The notes beneath the pieces are model-generated. The model was not told the origin of the DNA. It did no database searches and was given only the letters and a program-made list of their open reading frames with translations. The position numbers were made by a program, and so were the translations under genes. DNA of 61,165 nucleotides, filler included. It is 4 parts of 4 records of this genome, joined end to end, with 100 filler letters (N's around TTAATTAATTAA, not from the genome) between each part and the next. Parts side by side here need not be neighbours in the genome. Positions count along the whole stretch, not along the records: positions 1 to 29,927 come from DRR723986_11140; 3 more parts are not named here. One strand, 5' to 3'. Below are positions 19,253 to 27,101 of this stretch, one piece after another; within the stretch, counting starts at the first letter, position 1, and each line of letters begins with the position of its first letter.

Positions 19253-20520
19253 TAGGTCTTGTATTACTGCTGCTTGGCGCTGTGTCGGCGTCAGGCCAGC
19301 CCTTGCCTGAAACGGGTGCTAACCCGCATGAAGGCGTGGCGAGCTGTGCCGCCAGCGTCTGTCATGGCAAGATCAGCGAGGATCCGTCGTCGACCGTATG
19401 GCTCAACGAGTACCGGATCTGGCTGCGCCAGGACTACCATTCAAGAGCCTACAAGACCTTGCAGACCGCCCAATCCAAGGCCATAGCCAGCAAACTCGGC
19501 TTGCCCGCGGCACACACGGCGAAGATCTGTCTGGACTGCCATGCGGACAATGTGGCGGTGGAATCGCGCGGGCGACGATTCCAGATTTCCGACGGGGTGG
19601 GTTGCGAGGCCTGTCACGGCGGTTCGGGCCAGTGGCTGGAGTCCCACGCTGAACAGGGCACGTCCCACGCCGATAACCTGGCTGCGGGTATGTACCCTAC
19701 CGAGGATCCCCTGGCCCGGGCGCGACTGTGTCTCTCCTGCCACCTCGGCACCAAGGATAAGTTCGCCACCCACCAGATCATGGGCGCGGGACATCCCCGG
19801 CTGGCCTTTGAACTTGAAACTTTCACTGTAAACCAGCCACGGCACTACGACGTGGATGCGGACTACCGCGAGCGCAAGCCCGCGATCAGCTCGGTGAACA
19901 TGTGGCTGGCGGGACTTGCGGTCACCGGTATGCAGTCGCTTGAGTTGTTGCAGGAAGCGTGGTTTACCAAGCCAAGCCTGGTGCCGGAACTGTCTTTTTA
20001 CCAGTGCCACGCCTGTCATCACCCGATGAACGACCTGCGCTGGGAGCCCGAGCCGGACGGCCTCAAGCCCGGCACCGCAAGGCTGAATGATGGCAGCCTG
20101 GTAGTGCTGGCCGTGGTCCTGGATATCCTCAACCCCGGAGACGGTCAGGCGATCGAACAGGGCCTGCGAAAATTGCACCAGGCCTCGCAGCGGGATCGCG
20201 ACGCGGTGGTCAGCGCTGCCCGTGAGTTGCAGGGCCGCCTGGAGCCCCTGGTCAGTGCGCTGGCGGGCAACAGCTATGGCCCCGATGCCATGCGGAGCCT
20301 GCGCCAGGGCTTGCTTGAAAGCGCTGCATCCGGTCGTTTCCGGCACTTCACGTCCGCTGAGCAGGTGTTCCTGGCGGTGGAGACCCTCAGCCTGTCGCTT
20401 GGCGATAACGAACGCTACACCATCCAGTTGGATGCCTGGTTCAAGACCGTGGAGGAGGATGATCCCTTCGTGCCCAAACAGTTTGCCGTGCTGGCCAGAA
20501 AAATGAGGGATGCGCTTTGA
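19234..20520 (+). CDS. Exported multiheme cytochrome c (c554-like N terminus)
   Basis: Signal peptide; CLDCH, CEACH, CLSCH, CHACH plus atypical CAASVCH; overlaps upstream stop. Confidence 0.82.
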   Translation: MVRGKLIGLVLLLLGAVSASGQPLPETGANPHEGVASCAASVCHGKISEDPSSTVWLNEYRIWLRQDYHSRAYKTLQTAQSKAIASKLGLPAAHTAKICLDCHADNVAVESRGRRFQISDGVGCEACHGGSGQWLESHAEQGTSHADNLAAGMYPTEDPLARARLCLSCHLGTKDKFATHQIMGAGHPRLAFELETFTVNQPRHYDVDADYRERKPAISSVNMWLAGLAVTGMQSLELLQEAWFTKPSLVPELSFYQCHACHHPMNDLRWEPEPDGLKPGTARLNDGSLVVLAVVLDILNPGDGQAIEQGLRKLHQASQRDRDAVVSAARELQGRLEPLVSALAGNSYGPDAMRSLRQGLLESAASGRFRHFTSAEQVFLAVETLSLSLGDNERYTIQLDAWFKTVEEDDPFVPKQFAVLARKMRDAL

Positions 20521-21572
20521 ACGGATCCGGGGCTTTCCCTGAGGCGGTCGCCGCTACTGATGTCGGCCGGCGCCGACACAATGAGGATGCCTATCTGGTC
20601 CATCCGGATGTTGGCCTGCTGGTTGTCGCGGACGGGGTTGGTGGTCACGACGCCGGGGAAGTGGCCAGCGCCATAACTTGCGAAACGATCGTGGAAGAGG
20701 TGCAGCGCGGAGCATCGCTGCAGGACGCAGTGCGAGCCGCGAACCTCGCAGTCATGCATGCCGTTGACGCGGGTAGGGGACGCGAGGGTATGGCCTCCAC
20801 GGTGGTGGCAGTGCAGTGCAAAGGTGCGGAGTTTGAGGTCGCCTGGGTTGGTGACAGCCGCGCCTACCTGTGGGATGGCAGCCTGAAGCTGATCACCCGG
20901 GATCACTCGCTGATGGAAACCCTGTTGTCCCGCGGTGAGATCACCCGCGAGGAGGCGCGCCAGCATCCGCAGCGCAATGTGATCGTTCAGGCCATCGGCC
21001 TGCAGGCGGAGAACGCCCTGCGCGTGGACAGTAACAGCGGTACCTTGCAGGAGGGTCAGATACTGCTGCTGTGCAGTGACGGGATGAGCGATATTCTGGA
21101 GAACGAGACGATTGTCGATATCCTGACGGGTGAGGGCGATCTTCAGGAACGCTGCCAGCGCCTGGTGAGTCGCTCCATCGAGGAAGGTGGCAAGGATAAT
21201 TCGACGGTTGTGCTGGTTGCCGGTACAGTGCCGGCGGGTGGCGAAGTCCGTGAGCCAGACGCTGTATGGCGCTACGATCCCGCCACCGGTGAAACCATGG
21301 GCTTGCTGGAGGTTGCGCCTGTCGCGCCCGCAGCACCGGCGATCAAGAAAGTCGGCCCCAAGGTGGATGCGGAGGCCGGGGATTCGCCACAAACGACGCA
21401 GATGATGTCAATTGCCGAGGTAGAGCGTGCGCTGGCCGCCAAGGGTCAGCTTGGCGGTGACGACAGGCGTTCCGCTGGAGGAAAAGCGGGTAAATGGCTT
21501 GTAATCGGTGCGCTGGTGTTGGCTGCCGCCGCAGCCGCCGGGTATTTTGTCAGTGTGGGCGGTGTAAATTGA
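20517..21572 (+). CDS. PP2C-family Ser/Thr protein phosphatase with C-terminal TM anchor
   Basis: GRRRHNEDA, VADGVGGH, VGDSRAY, LCSDG, GGKDN; TTGA overlap with upstream gene. Confidence 0.92.
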   Translation: MNGSGAFPEAVAATDVGRRRHNEDAYLVHPDVGLLVVADGVGGHDAGEVASAITCETIVEEVQRGASLQDAVRAANLAVMHAVDAGRGREGMASTVVAVQCKGAEFEVAWVGDSRAYLWDGSLKLITRDHSLMETLLSRGEITREEARQHPQRNVIVQAIGLQAENALRVDSNSGTLQEGQILLLCSDGMSDILENETIVDILTGEGDLQERCQRLVSRSIEEGGKDNSTVVLVAGTVPAGGEVREPDAVWRYDPATGETMGLLEVAPVAPAAPAIKKVGPKVDAEAGDSPQTTQMMSIAEVERALAAKGQLGGDDRRSAGGKAGKWLVIGALVLAAAAAAGYFVSVGGVN

Positions 21573-21594
21573 ATTTGAAAGGCGTGGGTGAATC

Positions 21595-22626
21595 ATGACT
21601 ACTTCGCAGGCGGAATTTAACGCGGAACTGGTGGCAGGTGACGGTAGCAGGCATGCCCTGGTTGGGGAGATGCATGTCGGGCGTTCGCAGGACTGCGAGA
21701 TTCCGATCGATGACGCCAAGGTTTCGCGTAAACACGCTCTGATCAGCGTTGCCGAGGAACGGGTCAATGTTGAGGACCTGGGCTCGGCTAACGGTACCCT
21801 CGTTAACGGCACGCGCATTAATGGCAAAACAGAACTGCATAACGGCGACACCTTGCAGTTCGAGAAGCACCAGTTCACCGTAGAAATTACCGGTCAGGGG
21901 GAGCCCGAGGTCGACCCGGATGCCACGGTGGTTGATGTCGGTGGCACGGACGATGAAGATGCAACTATCGTCAGCGGCTTTGCCGAGGCGCCACCGCCAG
22001 CTCCCGAACCGCCACCGGCTCCCGAACCGCCACCAGCGCCGTCACCTGATCTGCCCGGTGCCTGGGTCGACGATCCGAGCATGGGCGAGCATACGCAGGT
22101 AATGGATTTCAGCGCTGGCGCATCAGCCGCGCCTGCCAGGAGCGTGCCCCGATTGTCGGACCACGCCCATCTGATTGTACTGTCCGCCGCCGGGGATGCA
22201 CTGGAGGCCAGCGAACTTGAGCCTGCCGGCAAGGGCGAACCCGATATCTGGGAGATTGGCCGCGATCCGGCCTGTGAGGTCTGCCTGACCGAGCCCAGCG
22301 TCTCCGGTCGACACGCCCAACTGGTTCACGACAGCGGTCGCTGGCGCCTGGTTAACCTGGTTTCCGCTAACGGAATCTTCGTCAATGGCGAGAAGCGGCT
22401 GAGCGCATTCCTTTCGGATGGTGATGAAATCCGGCTTGGCAATGCCAACCTCGTATTTCACGCGCCGGTTGGCGCTGCGGCGGCGGCTCCTGCTTCGGCG
22501 GCTCCCAAGGCAGCGAAAAGCAGCGACGCTGGTGACTCAGGCGGCAATAGTAAGCTGATAATGGGTGTTGTGCTTGCCGTTGCCGTCATAGCGGTCGCAG
22601 CGGTAGCGGGATTCCTGCTGCTGTAG
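21595..22626 (+). CDS. Double FHA-domain protein with Pro-rich linker and C-terminal TM
   Basis: Two GR...SRxHA/SGRHA...NG FHA motif sets; PPPAPE repeats; hydrophobic C terminus. Confidence 0.9.
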   Translation: MTTSQAEFNAELVAGDGSRHALVGEMHVGRSQDCEIPIDDAKVSRKHALISVAEERVNVEDLGSANGTLVNGTRINGKTELHNGDTLQFEKHQFTVEITGQGEPEVDPDATVVDVGGTDDEDATIVSGFAEAPPPAPEPPPAPEPPPAPSPDLPGAWVDDPSMGEHTQVMDFSAGASAAPARSVPRLSDHAHLIVLSAAGDALEASELEPAGKGEPDIWEIGRDPACEVCLTEPSVSGRHAQLVHDSGRWRLVNLVSANGIFVNGEKRLSAFLSDGDEIRLGNANLVFHAPVGAAAAAPASAAPKAAKSSDAGDSGGNSKLIMGVVLAVAVIAVAAVAGFLLL

Positions 22627-22685
22627 TCCACGGAATAACTGACCAGAACATCCACCCGGAATTTGGGCGGCCAGTAGTCTGTAGT

Positions 22686-24080
22686 TTACTGCTCGTCCGC
22701 AGCCTTAATCTTTTGCGCAAGCGTGTCAGCCAGGTCAGTTTTCTTCGCCTGCCTGAGCCGTGCAAGTCCCTGGCTGACCTGTTCTGTATCATTTTCTCGG
22801 GCTGCTGTCTCAATCTGTTCCACCAGTGTGTTGATGAGCCGCGCCTCCAGTTCAGCCGCCTCGGAGCTCTCGGGCGCAAGCTGTAGTGCTTCGCCCGCGA
22901 GACCAAGCGCGCTATCCTCCGCGGGATAGAACATCTGCCCATTCCACAGATTTACCTTGGCCTGGGTAAGCAGTTCGCGCAATCGCTCGTCGTCTGCCAC
23001 TTCCTCAGCCAACGGCGTAGTCGCCTGATCGACATTAGCAGCAGTACTACTACTGTTGTCGGGCGTACTGGTAGCAGCCTGCAGAGCTTCTGCGTTCTCC
23101 GGTACCTCGGGTGACCGGGTGCTGATGCCGAAAAATACGAGGGACGCGACTATAGCTGCCGCCGCTACCCCGACCAGCGCGTGCGAGGTTGTTATTTTTG
23201 GCTTTCCCGACTCATTGCTGCGTGGCGGTACGCGTTTCAGCCGTGAGTCCATCGTTGGCTGCTGATTGACGGGTGCTTCACGCTGAACTTCAGCGTCTTC
23301 GATAGCCTGGCGCAACTCAGCTGCCGAGGGGTGCCGGTCTTCGGGCATTTTCGCGAGGGCGCGGTTGATCACACCCTGAAAATGCGCGTTGTTCTCGCTG
23401 AGTTCCGGTATATCCGCAGTGGTATGCTGATAAGCCAGCGCCGCATAATTGTCGCCACGGTAGGGGAGGCGACCTTCCAAAAGTTCAAACAGCACGATGG
23501 CGAGGCTGTACAGATCGCTTCGGAAGTCAGTTGCGCTACCTGTGCATTGTTCCGGGCTCATGTAATGCGGGGTACCCATGATCGTGCCCGCTACCGTTAA
23601 CTGGGTTTCAGAATCAAGATCTCGCGCGATCCCGAAGTCCACCAGTACCGGGCTGCCATCTTCCCGGAACAGGATGTTCGCCGGCTTTATGTCCCGGTGT
23701 ACAACGTGTTTCGAGTGAGCATAGCTGAGCGCGTCCGCCACCTGCTTTACAATGGCTACACCCTCAGCGCGGGTAACATTTTTGCTATGGATACGGTGCT
23801 TTAAATCAACACCGGGTAGTAGTTCCATGGCGAGATAAATATGATTGTTTTGCCGACCCATATCGAAGACATTCACAATACCCTGATGGCCCAGGCTGGC
23901 AACGATGCGTGCTTCCCTTAGGAATCGTTCGACGAAGGCGTCTGTGGTCGCAAGCTTTTCACTCATGATTTTCAGCGCCACTTTGCGCTTGAAATTCGTC
24001 TGCTCCGCAAGCCAGACGGTGGACATCCCACCTTGTCCCAGTTGGGACTCGAGGATATAGCCGTCGATTTCTGGAAGCAT
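22686..24080 (-). CDS. Hanks-type Ser/Thr protein kinase, transmembrane
   Basis: LGQGGMSTV, VALK, HRDIKPAN, DFG, GTPHYMSPEQ; TM ALVGVAAAAIVASLVFFGI. Confidence 0.95.
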   Translation of the reverse strand: MLPEIDGYILESQLGQGGMSTVWLAEQTNFKRKVALKIMSEKLATTDAFVERFLREARIVASLGHQGIVNVFDMGRQNNHIYLAMELLPGVDLKHRIHSKNVTRAEGVAIVKQVADALSYAHSKHVVHRDIKPANILFREDGSPVLVDFGIARDLDSETQLTVAGTIMGTPHYMSPEQCTGSATDFRSDLYSLAIVLFELLEGRLPYRGDNYAALAYQHTTADIPELSENNAHFQGVINRALAKMPEDRHPSAAELRQAIEDAEVQREAPVNQQPTMDSRLKRVPPRSNESGKPKITTSHALVGVAAAAIVASLVFFGISTRSPEVPENAEALQAATSTPDNSSSTAANVDQATTPLAEEVADDERLRELLTQAKVNLWNGQMFYPAEDSALGLAGEALQLAPESSEAAELEARLINTLVEQIETAARENDTEQVSQGLARLRQAKKTDLADTLAQKIKAADEQ

Positions 24081-24222
24081 GAAGTGCCCCGACTCAGTTC
24101 TAAGAGGTAAAGCTTAGCCGAAACTGCCGGCCTGTGCTGCTGCAGAATAACGGTTGTTCCGGTTGGCCACTGCGGCCCCAGGGCGCTGATACTTGAGGTG
24201 AGTAACCGCTGTTGCTCACGCG

Positions 24223-25200
24223 TTAGTGCAGGAAAGTAATATCTACACGGCGATTTCTTGCACGATTTTCTTCGCTGCTGTTGGGAACCTGAGGTCGGCT
24301 CTCCCCGTATGCCTCCACCTCGATACGCTCCGGGTTAACGTTGAAGTAGCGTGCGAAGTAGTCCCTGACGGCGACGGAACGCTCCTTCGCCAACTCCAGG
24401 TTGAAATCCTTATCACCGACATCATCGGTATGGCCGGCAACGATTACCCGCTTCGTGGCCAGCATCGGGTCTTGCAGGGCTTCGCCGAAGGCGTCCAGTT
24501 GCCGCATTCCGGCTGGTGTCGGGTTAGCCGTGCCGAATTGAAACCGGATGGCATCGACGCTGAAGGTTGTGAGGTAGCCGTCTTCCCTCGCGGAATTTTC
24601 GGCTTCAGATACCTGTCTCAATATGGCACGCGTGGTGAACTGGAGGTCGTCCTGGCCTTCGGCTACGGTGTAGCTTGTGGTTGCCAGGCTGAGCTGATTC
24701 CCCCCGGCGAGCTGGGAAAATTGTGCTTCGAGTTCATCCAGTTGGGTGGCGGCCAGTTCCACCCAGCCCTCGCCAGCAGAAAGCCCTTGGGGCAGGGAAA
24801 CCGCTTTGGCGGTAATGACAACGCTGATCACCTCATTACCTGCGGTGGCGTAATACTCGATCGGTTGCGTCGTGGGTACCAGCGTACGGCTGCCCACCGG
24901 AGGTTGTTCGGGTGCGCAGCCATCACCGAGCCATATAGCATAATTCCCGGCGCTGTCTCGCTTCAGCAGGGAGCAGTAGCCTTCACGCTCGCTGGTGATC
25001 GCATAGCGGATGAGGCTGCCACTGGTAATGCTGGACTGTTCGGCGCCTCTGACCGCTATGGTGGGGCTTGGCTCCGCCCAGGTGCTAACCAGATTTAATG
25101 GCGATTCCGCTGCTTGTGTCTGGTTGTACGGGATAAAGAAGACAAACATCAGGGTAGCCGAAGCGCGCAGAAGACTGATTTTCTCGCAAAAATGCACCAT
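24223..25200 (-). CDS. OmpA-family peptidoglycan-binding protein with N-terminal exported domain (DUF4384-like)
   Basis: C-terminal GHTDDVG...NLELAKERS...GESRP...NRARNRRVDI; signal-like N terminus; exact start uncertain. Confidence 0.82.
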   Translation of the reverse strand: MVHFCEKISLLRASATLMFVFFIPYNQTQAAESPLNLVSTWAEPSPTIAVRGAEQSSITSGSLIRYAITSEREGYCSLLKRDSAGNYAIWLGDGCAPEQPPVGSRTLVPTTQPIEYYATAGNEVISVVITAKAVSLPQGLSAGEGWVELAATQLDELEAQFSQLAGGNQLSLATTSYTVAEGQDDLQFTTRAILRQVSEAENSAREDGYLTTFSVDAIRFQFGTANPTPAGMRQLDAFGEALQDPMLATKRVIVAGHTDDVGDKDFNLELAKERSVAVRDYFARYFNVNPERIEVEAYGESRPQVPNSSEENRARNRRVDITFLH

Positions 25201-25295
25201 TTTGGTTCATCCTGACTTTTGTGTGGAAATATTTAAAAGTCGATACTACACTGGATTGAAACCTAAAAAAATTCTCGAATCGGCGAGCCATTCGA

Positions 25296-27050
25296 GTGGT
25301 TTCACGTCTTGTAACATGGATTGTTTACATGGTGTTGGCACGAATTTTCGATAGTCCCCCTGTTCCTTCTCTTCCCTCTCTTCGCGCTGTTCTTATCAGC
25401 TGGATCATTTTTTTGGTGATTCTGCCTGATGCTTATGCTCAGCGTATCCCCGGTACCATTCGACCAGGGCAGATAGAGCGACAGTTTGAGGGCCGGAAGT
25501 CGCCCCAGGCGGTCGAGCCTGCGAGTGAAGGTCGACGGGAAATGGCTCTGCCGCAGGCACCGGAAGGCGCTGAAGAGATCCGATTGCTAGTCAATGACTT
25601 CGTACTGGATGGCGCTACAGTCTACCCGGCGGAGACACTCCGGGGCCTTTACAGCGAGCAGCTTGGTCGTGAACTCTCACTAGCCGATATTTATGAGATA
25701 GCCAACAGCATCACCCGGCAATACCGCAGTGATGGCTACGTGATTTCACAGGTGCTGGTGCCGGAGCAGGATGTGGAAGGCGGCGTGGTCAGGCTGCAAG
25801 TACTAGAAGGCTTTATCGACGACGTGCAGGTAAGGGGACACTTGCCGGGGCGCAGCGAGCATGTTCAGCGACTCCTTGCCAATATCAAGGCAGAGAAGCC
25901 CGTTCATATCCACACTATCGAGCGCTACATGCTGCTGGTCAATGATATCGGCGGGATTTACGCCCAATCTACGCTGGTTCCCGGAACCTTACTGGGCTCT
26001 TCAACTCTGGTCGTGGATGTGAGTCGCTCTGCATTTGATGCCCTTGTGGGTGTCGATAACCGGGGCAGTGAATTTCTGGGCCCTGTGAGAGGCCGCCTGG
26101 AACTGGACTTCAATACGCTGTTCGGCACGTCTTCCAGCCTTGGAGCATTTGTCAGCAGCACGGGCAGCAACGATGAGCTGCACTACGGCGCGCTGAATTT
26201 CCAGTCACGCATTGGCGATAACGGTTTGCGCTTCATGGCGAATGCATCGATTGTTCGATCCGAGCCCGAGCAGGGCATTCAACTGAGAGGGCTTGAGACC
26301 GACTCGGAAAGTGCTATGGCAGGACTTTCCTACCCGATACTGCGGACGCGCTCGCAGAACCTCACATTGAATGGCCAGTTTTCCTATTACGACGGCGATG
26401 TAAACCTGCTTGGCCTCGAGATTAGTGAAGACCGCGTTCGAGCGCTGCGGCTTGGCCTGACCTGGGACCTGTTTGATCAGTACGGGGGCGTCAATATTAT
26501 CGATGCAACCGTCAGTCAGGGTCTGGATGTAATGAACGCGACTGACCCCGATGAAGATTTCGTGTCCCGGCGCGGAGCCGAGCTTAACTTCACCAAGGTC
26601 AATTTCTATGCTGCGCGGCTCCAGTCATTGGGTAATAAATTCACCATGCTTGCTGCCCTGGATGGGCAGTATGCGTTTGATACTGTGGTGAACTCTGAAG
26701 GTTACGGTTACGGCGGCGAACTGTTCGGACGTGGTTATGATCCCTCAGAGCTATTTGGCGACAGCGGTGCAGGGTTCAAGCTGGAACTTCGCTACCTGTT
26801 CGGTGCAAGCGGCTGGATTACGAAGGCCGAGCCCTATGCTTTCTGGGATGTCGGTTATGTGCGCAACAAAGAAGAAGTGCTCGGACAGGATCGCAGCGAA
26901 TCTGCCGCCTCTGCTGGCGGAGGGCTCAGACTCAATCTTGGCAAATCGATTTCCGGGTACATAGAAGTGGCGAAGCCGCTGACCAGGGAAGTATTTGCTG
27001 AAGGTAATAAAGATGCCCGGGTGTTTGGGGCTCTTTCCTATAGTTTCTAA
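25296..27050 (+). CDS. Two-partner secretion transporter (ShlB/FhaC/HecB, TpsB)
   Basis: POTRA-like YRSDGYVISQVLVPEQDVEGGVVRLQVLEG, barrel with GRGYDPSE motif, terminal Phe; start uncertain. Confidence 0.9.
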   Translation: MVSRLVTWIVYMVLARIFDSPPVPSLPSLRAVLISWIIFLVILPDAYAQRIPGTIRPGQIERQFEGRKSPQAVEPASEGRREMALPQAPEGAEEIRLLVNDFVLDGATVYPAETLRGLYSEQLGRELSLADIYEIANSITRQYRSDGYVISQVLVPEQDVEGGVVRLQVLEGFIDDVQVRGHLPGRSEHVQRLLANIKAEKPVHIHTIERYMLLVNDIGGIYAQSTLVPGTLLGSSTLVVDVSRSAFDALVGVDNRGSEFLGPVRGRLELDFNTLFGTSSSLGAFVSSTGSNDELHYGALNFQSRIGDNGLRFMANASIVRSEPEQGIQLRGLETDSESAMAGLSYPILRTRSQNLTLNGQFSYYDGDVNLLGLEISEDRVRALRLGLTWDLFDQYGGVNIIDATVSQGLDVMNATDPDEDFVSRRGAELNFTKVNFYAARLQSLGNKFTMLAALDGQYAFDTVVNSEGYGYGGELFGRGYDPSELFGDSGAGFKLELRYLFGASGWITKAEPYAFWDVGYVRNKEEVLGQDRSESAASAGGGLRLNLGKSISGYIEVAKPLTREVFAEGNKDARVFGALSYSF

Positions 27051-27101
27051 TTGACAGAACGGGCTGGACAAAGGGCGTCCTCAGCGTAAGTGGAGTAGAA
27101 A

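Noticed and set aside
21991-22040. 18-bp tandem repeat
   Set aside because: Simply encodes the PPPAPE linker of the FHA protein
24226-25098. 290-aa plus-strand ORF
   Set aside because: Fully antisense to the OmpA-family gene, which has clear motifs
20517-25200. Type VI secretion accessory cluster (PppA/Fha/PpkA/TagL-like)
   Set aside because: No tss core genes on the contig; cannot be supported here
25336-25350. TGGCACG-N4-TTCG sigma54-like site near the tpsB start
   Set aside because: The -12 element is TTCG rather than TTGC and may lie within the CDS
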